Source of the DNA: Chiloscyllium plagiosum
Taxonomy: Eukaryota
Direction of reading: 5' to 3'
NCBI RefSeq assembly: GCF_004010195.1
Contig: NC_057753.1
Coordinates: forward strand, 7,312,130 to 7,376,129
Length of the DNA stretch: 64,000 bases
How positions within the stretch are numbered: position 1 is the stretch's first letter; the number at the start of each line of letters is the position of its first letter. The notes below the pieces were generated by a model, which had not been told where the DNA came from, did no database searches, and worked only from the letters and a program-made list of their open reading frames with translations. Below are positions 13,853 to 26,151 of this stretch, piece by piece. The translations under genes were made by a program, and so were the position numbers.

Positions 13853-14445
13853 GTAATTCAGTTTAACCAACCTGAGTGTTTAATGTAGGATTTGTACGAT
13901 TAATTGCTCCTGATGCTAGACACGGAACGAAACGTGTGGGTTGCTGACAGAATGGTAACAAAACTCATATGTAATTCCCAGGGTATGCGCAGAAATAATT
14001 ATTTTCCTGTGTTTTGAACGTGTAGAGGTGTACATTACCTTTAAGAGAAAGTGAGGAAGAGAGCAAGGACTGACTGAAAGCAGAGTGTCCAGAACAAGGT
14101 AAAAATGTAACACTTGGATGAAACACATAGGACATCTCTCTCGCAGACCACTGTGAAAGTTCAGCCATTCAGAAGGTTAAAGTCAGAAATCAGAAGGTTA
14201 AAGTCAGAAATCGATAGATTTCTAGATTTTCAGTGTTTTGAAAGATGTGCGGATGGTGCAGGAAAATTGTATTAAACTAAATAATCTCCCATGATCTAGT
14301 CAAATGGCATAGTGATCTTAAAGGGCTGAATGACGTGCTCATCTCCCTTTATTTCCTTACAAATAGGGAAAGGTTGCCGGATAATCACCAAAAGGACAGC
14401 TTTACAAGACAAGGTAATATTTTCTAGATTGAATATGGGAAGGTG

Positions 14446-14749
14446 TAGATTAGATTACTTGCAGTGTGGAAACAGGCCATTCGGCCCAACAAGTCCACAC
14501 CACCCCACTAAAGCGCAACCCACCCATAACCCTACATTTACCCCTTACCTAACACTACAGGCAATTTAGCATGGCCAATTCACCTGACCTGCACAGGTTT
14601 GGACTGTGGGAGGAAACCGGAGCACACGGAGGAAACCCACGCAGACACAGGGAGAATGTGCAAACTCCACACAGTCAGTCGCCTTAGGCAGGAATTGAAC
14701 CTGGCGCTGTGAGGCAGCAGTGCTAACCACTGTGCCACCGTGCTGCCCA
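14446..14749 (-). mobile_element. HE1-type tRNA-derived SINE, near full length
   Basis: Minus strand gives an A-box head 'ggcacggtggcacagtggttagc', a B-box 'ggttcaattcc', the V-domain 'tgtgtggagtttgcacattctccc' and a (TCTAA)n tail. Confidence 0.9.
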
Positions 14750-16139
14750 CGGTGGAGAACCTTGATGATGTGGATATAGCAATTGGTCAGACGCTTACCC
14801 AGTTCGGTGTGATAATCTTGGGGATACATTTGAGCAATTTTCGGATCAATTTTCTGATATTTTGTTGAGACAGAACCAATACCCAACAGGAAGGTCCTTT
14901 CGCGCATGTGCCTTGCACATTCCAGAGAAGGCACATTTCTCCCATGAGTAACGCTGATGTCTGCACCATTGCACTGTTGCAAATATTGCGACCATCAAAA
15001 CTTGTCGGCACACAGTTGAAAGCGTGGCGACGTCACCGCACCCTCTGGGCTGTGGCACCAGTTTCACGTTCTCTTCCTCCAAAGAGAATCTGAAATATTT
15101 GCAAATGCAAGTTCCCACTGATGTTACTCTGAAAAACAAAGTGAAATTCTTTCAGTGGCGAGTTTACTTCAACTTCGTCTACAAGTTCGAGTCCTTAAGC
15201 TGGGCTCTACAAATAAACAGTGATCCTCCTACAGTGCAAAAATATGCAGGCCAGGTGAATTGTCCATTTAACATCGGCCCATAATGTGCAGGTCAGGCGG
15301 GTTGCATTTACTAATGTAAATGCATTGTTGCCACGTAATTGGTCTTTACAGCCAGCGAAAATGCCAACCTGAATTCCTGCCACATTAGAAATGAAAGTGA
15401 GAAAACGGTTAAGAAAAAATAAACTTCAAAGAATTTTATTACACCAAAAGGCGTAGGTTCACCCATTTACCTATTGAATAAAAGACGGGCCGTCGCTCTA
15501 CATAAAAAGCATGTCAGAATTGCTAAAATAAAAATGGGTGAGATATGCATTTCCACTTTGTGGTCTGGACTTTTGATTTTCGAATTTACATTTTCTTGTG
15601 CATTTCTTAACTCATCTTTTGTCTGCATACCTGTGAATAAGTTAATATGTGTTTCTAACGTTTTAAAGGGATTAAATGTAAGCTGCATAATCGTACATTA
15701 GTTGTCATTCGTTATGTGCCATCAGTTCAAAAATGAGTTTGTTTACAATAAATGGTTATTTCCCATTAGAAAAATGCATAGTTGCGGGAATGGGTTTGGA
15801 TGGGACTTAATTCAGAGGATTGGTACAGACTCATGGCCTCAATGGCTTAAGAGATTCCATGATCACTTGATCATATAGTCGCATTTTCTTAATGCCCAGA
15901 AGTCACTAGTTTCGTTCGTTCCATTTATGGGTTGTCATGTGCCCATTTTCTTCTACTTTAAATCAATTTCACAAGGTATTCGATGGTGAGGATTCGCAGT
16001 CAGCAAACTTGAACAAAATGCCAAATCATGATTATGCAGGAATCGACCAACTTATCGTCACCAGAACATCATTGATATTATGGAAGGAATGGCAAGAGAC
16101 TGTACATGTGTTCGGCACGATCGATTTGTTCTTTTTAAA

Positions 16140-16420
16140 TTTATTGGATATGACGTCACTGGCTAGGCTAGCATTCTTTGGCCACCCATCTTTCTTCTCA
16201 AGAGTTAGCCACATTACTGCGAGTCTTGAGTCACGTGTAGGCCTTAACAGGAAAGAGTGTTCTCTAAAGGGCATTAGTGAACCAGATGGATATTTCCAGC
16301 ACTCGATAATTCGAGAGTTTTATTGATTTCAAATCCAATCTACCACAGTGGAATTCAAACCTCTGTCCCCTGCGTGTACTACAGTGAGCAGCAGTCCCTA
16401 TTTATAATCTGGTAACAATA
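16140..16420 (-). mobile_element. Deu-domain SINE (SacSINE1-like), decayed
   Basis: 'agttagccacattactgcgagtcttgagtcacgtgtaggcc...ggcattagtgaaccagatgg' resembles the reverse-complemented Deu domain, from recall. Confidence 0.5.
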
Positions 16421-16659
16421 GTGCCGTTGACGGTGTTATAGAACAGCAGTCTCTGTCGAGATACTATGCTCCAACAGTCCCTGCGTATATTACAGAAGAC
16501 AAGTCTCTGTGAGTATATTGCGCCACTAGATTATAAATCCAGTGTTAGTATCACTGGGCCATCGCAGCCCCGTGTGGCTACAGCCGATCGTCTGGCCTGT
16601 CTGAACACAATTGCCGTCATGGCAAGAAGAAGCTGTGCAAATGTGAGAGTTGCAGGAAG

Positions 16660-17234
16660 CCATTAAAATCTCCAGGTCAGTGCAGTGACACGAGGGAGAG
16701 GCGGTTCCTCTGCTCTGTGTGTGAGAAAACATTCACTCGGTTCACACACTTGCTGCAACACCAGCGATTTCACACTGAGAGGGAGGGCATTTACTTGCTC
16801 TGTTTATGACAAGGGATTTGCTAGCTCACACAACCTCACACACACACATTACTGTGACCTACTCATGTAGGTCACAGTAATGAGAGAACATTTAAATGTC
16901 AGATTGTGGGAAGCACTAAACATGTTCTAAGGCACTGATACGCCATCGAAGTGTTCACAGCGATGAGAAACTATTCAAGTGCTCTCAATGGGAGACTTTG
17001 TTAAAGCGCTCATCAGAACCCAAGCGAAATAAACGCATTCACACTTGGAGACTCACAACTTCTCCGTGTGTGTGTGTGTGTGTATGGTGGGGGGGGGGGG
17101 GGGGGGTCATCACTCCATCGTCTCAACTTTAGTCACACCAGGGCGGTAACACTGGGGAGAAGCTACATGCATGCCCCATGTGTGAACATAAATTTGTTCA
17201 TTCATCCCACCTGATCACACACCAGCGATATTAA
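16660..17234 (+). pseudogene. Tandem C2H2 zinc-finger pseudogene
   Basis: 'ERRFLCSVCEKTFTRFTHLLQHQRFHT' from 16696, linkers 'HSNERTFKC' and 'HSDEKLFKC', and last finger 'TGEKLHACPMCEHKFVHSSHLITHQRY*'. Contains frameshifts and a (GT)n/poly-G expansion. AATAAA at 17359. Confidence 0.85.
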
Positions 17235-18797
17235 TGTAGATCTAGTGATGGAATTTAGCTGTTACCACATCCAGAACTGGTCCCTGTCCTGCAGGTTCTG
17301 ATGCTTTTAATGTTAATCAACTCCAGACCGGTTAAAGATGTTAATATTGCAGGTGTTAAATAAAGCTTAATTAAAAAATTGAAGTGTTGTAAGACATTTT
17401 AATATCGGAGACAAGTTTCCTACTTTTGAATGGCTACCCTTTCCTATTTTCTTCACGCTCACCTCCAAAGACGAGTGCAAGGAAAATAATGACCTTCATT
17501 GTCACTAATATTGATACAATCTGATCAACTCCTCTCCTGTTACCCTTCCTTCTACTATTTCACTGCCTCTTATGTTGCCCCGTGGCGAGCACTGAACGTG
17601 CACCTCTCTCAACTTTCCCTCACAGTTTTTTTCCCATTCGTCCCTTAATGAGCTCATCTCACTTCCTCCTCCATTGGCTGTCATCCCAAAAAATGTTAGA
17701 CAACTGAAATTCTATCTACGTACTGCATTGATTAATGTTTCTGTCCGTTTTGTGGTAAATTGGTCGTGTTTACATTCGGACCCCAGCATCCCTGCAAGTC
17801 ATGGTCACGTTTTAAACTTGTCTTTCCCGTCAGACACCCTGCAATGCATTAGTTCCTACCAAATGCTGACAATTACATTAATATTTCCGATCAAAAATAC
17901 ATTAAGTCAATACAAAGTCTTTACATCAGCCCACTCACTGTCTCGATAAACCCCATTAAACAAATGCCAGTATGACCACAAACCTATCTGAGTGACATTT
18001 CGACAATGATCTGCAGTAAACCAGAGATCGTGAAGAAGTGAGGTTGACAGGGTCATTGTGATCTCAGTCAGTACCGGGGGTCACATTATCACTGCATCTG
18101 ATTGTATCAAACTATACACAATATTTATCTAGGCAGTTGTTCAATACAGGATTCCTGGCTTTGTGGATAGAGCACTGAGCTTGTTCACATGAGGCTGCAA
18201 CTACAATGTTTCTATGAAATGGTTCATATTCCTGCTTCAGTCAACACCAAATGGAGCGATTGACATTTATGGTGAAGTAATATTAACATGGTCCCAATTC
18301 CTCTAAAGGTCTGGGCTGATACGTTTGTGTTTGCAAATCTCGTTTCCCCTTCCAAAAGTTTCACGAAGACTATTCAGATGGACAAGAAGCAGCTGACGTG
18401 AGCACTGTTCTAGTCTGCCGGGGAGAACGAAGTCAGACACAAACTGCAGTGTAACTGAGAAACAATAGGGGAGTGACACGGATGGAGAAGCAGCGGATGC
18501 TCCCCTCCTCTGCTATGATCAAGGTTGCATTACATGATGTATAGAACCTTTAAACATGACCGACTTTTGAAGGTGATGTGTCTCCCGCAGCTGCCTCAGA
18601 TCCAGTTCTGAAGAAGGGTCACTAGTGAAGTAACGTTGACTCTGGGCTAAAGAGCTTATTTCAGTGCTGTAGAATCTGATGACATGACCATCCTGCCGGA
18701 GAAGTTTGTCTCTGGTTAACATACACGCAAATTTAAAAAAAAATTCAGAAGTTGTAAATAATGCTATTGCGGAAAGGTGGAAATGTGGCTGGCGTAT

Positions 18798-18862
18798 GCC
18801 CTGATGGTGTGGTGGTTCGACGCTCTCACCAATACAGCCCGTGTTCGATTCCCAGACAGGCA
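18798..18862 (+). pseudogene. tRNA-Glu(CTC) pseudogene
   Basis: 'ccctgatggtgtggtggtt cgacg ctctcac caata cagcccgtgttcgattcccagacagg' aligns with vertebrate tRNA-Glu(CTC). It has a D-arm deletion and a broken anticodon stem. Anticodon CTC at 18825-18827. Confidence 0.65.
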
Positions 18863-19239
18863 TTGAAGATTTATTGGTTTCCTACAGACTCTAAAATGAC
18901 CATGGATTCCTGACATTGGCAAGAATAAAGTTAGAAGACCTCTGTAAGATTGACTGAGGGTTTCAAATCAGAGTGTCGCTTGGATCTGGGAACAAAGGGG
19001 ATGAATCACATACTCCCTCTGCGCCAGACCACACAGCACTGCAAAACAAAACACGCGCATACTCCTTGTTTAAACAAGCAAGACACTTGTGATAAAATAC
19101 AATAAAAAACTATGGATGCTGAAGAGCAGGAATTAAAACAAAATTTTCTGGAGAAATGCAGCAGGCCTTGTAGCATGCGTGTGAAGAAAGCAAGTTAGCA
19201 TTTCAAATCTGATGACGCTTCATCAATACTATTATGGAA

Positions 19240-19560
19240 CTTGACAAAGAAGATGCAAAAAGTTGTTTCCACTTGTGAGAGAATCTAAGACCGGGGGTGT
19301 AATCACGGATCAAGGAGCAGCAATTGAAGAGATGAGAAGGAATTTCTTCACTCAGAGAGTAGTGAATTCGTGATTTTTTAAAGCATAGACGGCTGTCATG
19401 GCGGTGTTCAAGAGTGAGATAGAGAGATTCTTAATCAGTAAGTAAATCGACAGGAATGGGGAAAAGCAGGAAAATTGAGTTGAGGATGATCAGAGGAGCA
19501 ATGATTTCATTGAATTAGATGTGAGGGCTGGATGGCTTACCTCTGCTCCTCTGACTTAGA
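19240..19560 (+). mobile_element. Old CR1 LINE 3' fragment
   Basis: 'gagatgagaaggaatttcttcactcagagagtagtgaat' is the RT C-terminal MRRNFFTQRVV motif, followed by 3' UTR. Confidence 0.65.
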
Positions 19561-19825
19561 GTCGCAATATGAAGCTGTGAAAATAAACTGAGGAAAGTCT
19601 GCAAATTTCAAAATGTTTTTATCCATTGGGGAAATGAACTGCAGTGAAGCATGCAGAGGGAAACTCACGACAGAGAGAATAATTGTGGGGAATTTTGTTC
19701 CATATACACCATTCCTGCTGGGAGAATTCCAGGACATCATGCAAAAAATAAGACTTCCTGTCTGAGCGCTCCCATCATGGCGAGTTGTTGAGGCGCAGGG
19801 TTAGATGATCTTATTAGGTTAAATG

Positions 19826-20132
19826 AGATTCCCGACAGATCGAAACAGGTCTTCTGGCCCAACCAGTCTACACCAACCCTCCGAACATTAACCCGCTCAG
19901 ACCCATTACCCATATTGACCCCCGATTAATGAACCAAACTTAAGACCTAATTTAGCATGGCCAATCCACCCTAAACTGCACATCTTTGGATTGTGGGAGG
20001 AAACCAGAGCACCCGGAGGAATCCAACACCTGACACTGGGAGAATGTGCAAACTCCACACAGACAGCCGTCTGAGGCAGGAAGCGCACTCGGGTTCCTGG
20101 CGTTGTGCTAACCACTGAGCCACTGTGCCACC
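19826..20132 (-). mobile_element. HE1-type SINE
   Basis: Homologous to 14446-14749. Confidence 0.85.
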
Positions 20133-20484
20133 CTAAGATGAGTGTAGGAAAATCGGTTGCATAGATGATTTCTATTAACATTTTCTGGCACAGATTCGAA
20201 AGATACTGATTATTGGATTAGCGTTTGGCTGTTTTAGAATGAGTTCCTGTCGGAATACTTACCGTACAAACACAAGAAAACCCACCGATTCCAACACCCT
20301 GTTCTGTTTTCTGTTACCCATTCGTTTGTCTCAATTCTAGAGATTTTCAGTCTGAAATGATACAATAGTGAGCAGAGTTGTTTGCACCTCCACTTTTTGG
20401 CAGTTTGTCGCCCCTGAGTCTGTCTCTTACTTTCCGGAAGGTTTCTGTGTGTTTCCCCTCTGGGGGTCTAAATGAGTGTTTAGG

Positions 20485-20569
20485 TTAGAGTGATGCTGGA
20501 AAAGCACAGCAGGTCAGGCAGCATCGGAGGAGCAGGAAACTCGACGTTTCGGGTAAAAGCCTTTCATCA
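20485..20569 (-). mobile_element. Penelope-like terminal fragment, family 1
   Basis: Minus strand reads 'tgatgaaaggcttttacccgaaacgtcgag...cctgctgtgcttttccagc'. Confidence 0.7.
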
Positions 20570-21063
20570 TAGAATCCCTACAGTGTGGAAACAGGCCAAT
20601 CAGCCCAACAAGTCCACACTGATCCTCCGAAATAGCAACCCACAAAGACCCATTCTCCTCCCTTGTTAGTTGACAAGTACCCCTGACCAAAATACCGAAC
20701 CCACACACCCCAAACACTATGGGCAATTTAGTAGGTCAATTCACCTAACCTGGGGAAAGTGAGGACTGCAGATGCTGGAGATCAGAGCTGAAAAATGTGT
20801 TGCTGGAAAAGCGCAGCAGGTCAGGCAGCATCCAGGGAACAGGAGAATCGACGTTTTAGGCATAAGTCCTGAAGAAGGGTTTATGCCCGAAACGTCGATT
20901 CTCCTGCTCCTTGGATGCTGCCTTACCTGCTGCGCTTTTCCAGCAACACATTTTTCAGTAATTCACCTAACCTGCACATTTTCGGACTAAGGAAGGAAAC
21001 TGGAGCAGACCCACGCAGAAATGGGGAGCACCATGAGGTGACCACTGAGCCAAAGTGCCACCC
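20570..21063 (-). mobile_element. HE1-type SINE interrupted by a palindromic PLE insertion
   Basis: SINE tail at ~20570 and head at ~21060, split at the duplicated 'aattcacctaacctg'. Confidence 0.75.
20753..20959. mobile_element. Fold-back palindromic Penelope-like insertion, family 1, with hammerhead motif
   Basis: Inverted arms around 20866. CTGAAGA-A-GGGT-TTAT-GCCC-GAAA-CG-TC at 20869-20896. 15-bp TSD aattcacctaacctg (20738-20752 / 20960-20974). Confidence 0.85.
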
Positions 21064-21213
21064 ATGTCCAGGTTTTTGCCACTCCAGATTGCTCTATTTG
21101 GCTGGCAGCAGCCGTGATTGAATATTTAGTGGGAATTTGCTGTCAGAGCCTGAAGACTAATGCTGCCACGAGCAGATTACATTGCTGGCCATAAGAATAA
21201 TTTGTTTACTGAG

Positions 21214-23558
21214 TTGGAGATGCCGGTGTTTAACTGGGGTGTACAAAGTTAAAAATCACGCAACACCAGATTATAGTTCAACAGGTTTATTTGGAAGTGC
21301 CACAATGGTTAGATTGATTCTAATATTTTTTTTTTTTAAAATCGATTTACAGAATCTTACATGGATTTGTGCAGATTTTGAGCAAAGTAAAATGTAATTC
21401 TGCAAGGGCAAATGCATCCCGCAAACTTATAAGTGTATATGTGCATGTGAGTGTGAGTGTGGGGAGGCGTTGGGGGGTGTTATTATGTCTGTCTGTGAGA
21501 GGGTTCGTGTATGTGTATGAATGTGAGTGTAAAGGGGTTTAGGTCTGCGAGAGGTGGTGTGAGGCGTTGTATTTGTGAGTGTATGAGAGAAGGTCTGTGT
21601 GTGTATGCCTGTTTGTGTTTCTGTGTGTGCGCATCTGTCTGTCTGTGTGTAGATCTGTCTGTGTGTGTGTATACTGCAATAGGGTCACCTGTAGTGTGAC
21701 ATGAACCCAAGGTCCCGTTTGAGGCCATTCTCATAGTTACTGAACTTGACTATCAGCCTCTGCTCAGCCACTTTTCGGTGTTGTCTGCCCCGAACTCCGC
21801 CTTGGAGGACAGTCACCCGAAGTTCCATGGTTGAATGTCCCAGACTGCTGAAGTATTCTCTGACTGAGAGGGACCACTCCAGTCTGAAATGTCCATTCAT
21901 TGATTGCCGTAACCTCTGTTTAATCTCTCCAATGCACCATGCTTCAGGGAATCCTTGCCTGCAGCATATGAGATAAACAATGTTGGCTTAGTCGTATGAG
22001 TACCTGCTATGTTCATGGTGGTAGGAGTCCCCACGCATAATGGTGTTATCCATGTCGGCATTCTGACACTTGCTGCAGCATCTACTGTGACATGGGTGTA
22101 TGATATTGACCTGAAAGCGAGCAGTTTGCTACTAACAATGATCTGTTTGAGGTTTGGTGGCTGTTAAAGATGAGACGTGGAGATGTGGGAAAGGTCTTGG
22201 CGAGATGCTCATCCTCATTGATAACGTGTTGCAGGCTGTGATTAACATAGCGTAGGTTTTTGGCTCCTGGAAAATACTGGACAATGAAGGGTACCCTGTC
22301 GGTTGCAGCTCTCTCTCCTGAGGGTTCATTACAGTTCATCGTTGTGGCACGTCGGAACTGGCAATCGATGACTTGAACATCGTACCCCGTTCTTATGAGG
22401 GCATCACTGAATACTTCCGAGTCAGGGCACAACCCTTAAACAGATCATTGTTCATAGCAAACTGCCCAGCTTTCAGGATAATATCATACAACAATATCAC
22501 GGTAGACGCTGCAAGACGTGTCAGAATGTCGACACGGATGCCACCATTACGCGTGGAGGCACCGTCCACCATGTACGTGGCAGGTACTCATGTGACTCAG
22601 CCAACATTGTCTCTCTCATTCGCTGCAGGCAAGGATGCCAAGAGGCATGGTACAATGGCGAGATCAAACACAGGTTACTGCAACAGATGAATGGACACCA
22701 CAGAACAATCAACAGACAGGAGTGTTCCCTCCTAGTCGGAGAACACTTCAGCAGTCTGGGACATTCGATCTCGGAACTTCGGGTGACCGTCCTCCAAGTC
22801 AGACTTCGGGACAGACAACACCGAAAAGTGGCCGAGCAGAGGCTGATAGCTACGTTCAGTAACCATGGGGATAGCCTCAACCGGGACCTTGGGTTCATGT
22901 CACACTACAGGTGACCCTATTGCACTATACACACACACACACACTCAGACCCTCTCTCATGCATTCACACATACACTCCCACACAAACCCTCTTCCAGAC
23001 GTAAACCTCTTTACACACACACACAAACACATACACACCCTCTGACAGACACTCATAATTCCTCCCCCAAACACACACCCACATGCTCACATACACATAT
23101 GGGGTAAATTTGTACTGGCAGAATTACTTTCACTTTACTCAAAAATTTCATGAATCTATGTAAGACTCTGTAAATTCGTTTTTAGATTAGAATCAGACTG
23201 ACCATTGTGGCAGAAACAGACTCTGAGTGAGTTAACACGTTAAATACCTTTTCTGGGCCGACATGACACTAATTGTTAAAGTGCACGTGCGAATGTACCT
23301 TAAAAAGAAGTTTTGTGATTTACATATGAAAGAACTGAAACCATCAAGATCATTCTTAAAGATGGGAGATTTAGCAAACAATCCGGTATTTTTCAATATA
23401 TAATTTCAGTTACATCACACCATAAACTTTTGCTATAAAATCTGTCTTAGAGTCTTATTCCCAACAATCACCTGATGAAGGAGCAGCACACCGAAAGCAA
23501 GTGTTTCCAAACAAACCTGCTGGACTATAACCTGGTGTTGTGTGATTTTTACTTTGAC
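21214..23558. mobile_element. Penelope-like retroelement, family 2, inverted-duplicated, with GIY-YIG endonuclease C-terminus on both arms
   Basis: Minus 21685-22432 and plus ~22430-22914 encode the RT-linker and endonuclease end ('EHFSSLGHS...LRVTVLQ...RKVAEQRLIATF...LNRDLGFMSHY'). Each arm has a CA-rich UTR and the family-2 terminal repeat. Candidate TSD tactgag (21207-21213 / 23559-23565). Confidence 0.85.
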
Positions 23559-23867
23559 TACTGAGCTATATTATGATCACACCTTCTATTTCAGCTACTG
23601 GTGCTTGTATATCGTGGTTGACATGCCTTGGTGCTGTGATATGAGGTCCAAAATTTGCACCTCACCCGCCTGGAAGGCCTACCACTGTCAGTACGCTTCA
23701 TAATCCTACTTCTCCCTTTCCTCCCCATTCTGCTTCTCAAAGAGAATCATAAAGATGTAAACTCTATAAGTCAGGACCATACTCTTGCAACTGTGTCCTG
23801 GTAACTAGAGTTGAAGATGTGCCACACTAACAGTGATGCAATCTCTCTGAATGCCACCGACATCCAC

Positions 23868-23955
23868 ATGAAGGGCTTTTGCCCGAAACGTCGACTTTTC
23901 CTACATCTGGGATGCAGCCTAACCTGCTGCGCTTTTTCATCACCACTCTAATCTT
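23868..23955 (+). mobile_element. Penelope-like terminal fragment, family 1
   Basis: 'atgaagggcttttgcccgaaacgtcgac...cctgctgcgctttttc'. Confidence 0.7.
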
Positions 23956-24187
23956 GTTGCTCACACCAGCCTTTTGAATGACTTTGAGGTCACCTCCTGC
24001 AAGTGCAGCATGAGGAGCTAATTCTCAACATGTGGATCAAAGTTATTTGCAAAGCTGACAACCCAGAAGCCCATTCCTTACCCTTAGACTGAAATAGAAT
24101 AACTATGGAAATGAGGGTGCTTTGTTTTTCATACAAATTACTGTTGATGTCACATCTGTTGACTTACTAGTAGCTGGAAACATATTA

Positions 24188-24941
24188 ACATAGAACATAG
24201 AACATAGAAGAATACAGCGCAGTACAGGCCCTTCGGCCCTCGATGTTGCGCCGATCCAGCCCACCTAAACCTACACTAGCCCACTATCCTCCATATGCAT
24301 ATCCAATGCCCGCTTAAATGCCCATAATGAGGGAGAGTCCACCACTGCTACTGGCAGGGCATTCCATGAACTCACGACTCGCTGAGTAAAGAACCTACCC
24401 CTAACATCTGTCCTATACCAACTCCCCCTTAATTTAAAGCTATGCCCCCTTGTAATAACTGACTCCATACGTGGAAAAAGGTTCTCACGGTCAACCCTAT
24501 CTAAACCCCTAATCATCTTATACACCTCTATCAAGTCACCCCTAAACCTTCTTTTCTCCAATGAAAACAACCCCAAGTGCCTCAGCCTCTCCTCATACGA
24601 TCTTTCTACCATACCAAGCAACATCCTGGTAAACCTCCTCTGCACCCATTCCAGTGCCTCCACATCCTTCCTATAGTATGGAGACCAAAACTGCACACAA
24701 TACTCCAGATGCGGCAGCACCAGAGTCTTATACAACTGCAACATGACCTCAGTACTCCAGAACTCAATTCCTCTACCAATAAAAGCCAGTACGCCATATG
24801 CCTTCCTCACCGCACTATTTACCTGGGTGGCAACTTTCAGAGATCTGTGTACATGGACACCAAGATCCCTCTGCTCATCCACAATACCAAGTATCCGACC
24901 ATTAGCCCAGTACCCCATCTTTTTGTTACTCTTACCAAAGT
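24188..24941 (-). mobile_element. Young 5'-truncated CR1 LINE with an open RT C-terminal frame
   Basis: Uninterrupted 'HFGKSNK...EQRDLGVHV...YKTLVLPHLEYCVQFWSP...RGDLIEVYK...FFTQRVV..WNALP' to the stop at 24271, then 3' UTR and (AGAACAT)n tail. Confidence 0.92.
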
Positions 24942-25170
24942 GAAATCTGAGTTCATCCCTTGTGGTTAGAGGGTTCCTAGGCGGAAGATGAGGCACTCTT
25001 CCTCCAGCTATCGTGTTGCTATGGTCTGGCGATGGAGGAGTCCAAGGACCTGCATGTCCTTGGTGGAGTGGGAGGGGGAGTTGAAGTGTTGGGCTACGGG
25101 GTGGTTGGGTTGGTTGTTCCGGGTGTCCCAGAGGTGTTCTCTGAAACGTTCCGCAAGTAGGCAGCCTGTC
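24942..25170 (-). mobile_element. Penelope-like endonuclease fragment
   Basis: Minus strand encodes 'PVAQHFNSPSH...EEECLIFRLGTL*PQGMNSDF', typical of the PLE GIY-YIG C-terminus. Runs into the gap. Confidence 0.7.
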
Positions 25171-26151
25171 NNNNNNNNNNNNNNNNNNNNNNNNNNNNNN
25201 NNNNNNNNNNNNNNNNNNNNNNNNNNNNNNNNNNNNNNNNNNNNNNNNNNNNNNNNNNNNNNNNNNNNNNNNNNNNNNNNNNNNNNNNNNNNNNNNNNNN
25301 NNNNNNNNNNNNNNNNNNNNNNNNNNNNNNNNNNNNNNNNNNNNNNNNNNNNNNNNNNNNNNNNNNNNNNNNNNNNNNNNNNNNNNNNNNNNNNNNNNNN
25401 NNNNNNNNNNNNNNNNNNNNNNNNNNNNNNNNNNNNNNNNNNNNNNNNNNNNNNNNNNNNNNNNNNNNNNNNNNNNNNNNNNNNNNNNNNNNNNNNNNNN
25501 NNNNNNNNNNNNNNNNNNNNNNNNNNNNNNNNNNNNNNNNNNNNNNNNNNNNNNNNNNNNNNNNNNNNNNNNNNNNNNNNNNNNNNNNNNNNNNNNNNNN
25601 NNNNNNNNNNNNNNNNNNNNNNNNNNNNNNNNNNNNNNNNNNNNNNNNNNNNNNNNNNNNNNNNNNNNNNNNNNNNNNNNNNNNNNNNNNNNNNNNNNNN
25701 NNNNNNNNNNNNNNNNNNNNNNNNNNNNNNNNNNNNNNNNNNNNNNNNNNNNNNNNNNNNNNNNNNNNNNNNNNNNNNNNNNNNNNNNNNNNNNNNNNNN
25801 NNNNNNNNNNNNNNNNNNNNNNNNNNNNNNNNNNNNNNNNNNNNNNNNNNNNNNNNNNNNNNNNNNNNNNNNNNNNNNNNNNNNNNNNNNNNNNNNNNNN
25901 NNNNNNNNNNNNNNNNNNNNNNNNNNNNNNNNNNNNNNNNNNNNNNNNNNNNNNNNNNNNNNNNNNNNNNNNNNNNNNNNNNNNNNNNNNNNNNNNNNNN
26001 NNNNNNNNNNNNNNNNNNNNNNNNNNNNNNNNNNNNNNNNNNNNNNNNNNNNNNNNNNNNNNNNNNNNNNNNNNNNNNNNNNNNNNNNNNNNNNNNNNNN
26101 NNNNNNNNNNNNNNNNNNNNNNNNNNNNNNNNNNNNNNNNNNNNNNNNNNN
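25171..26151. other. Assembly gap (981 N)
   Basis: Run of N. Confidence 1.

Noticed and set aside
19765..19802. tRNA 5'-half-like sequence
   Set aside because: Only a weak A-box resemblance, with no anticodon or T arm.
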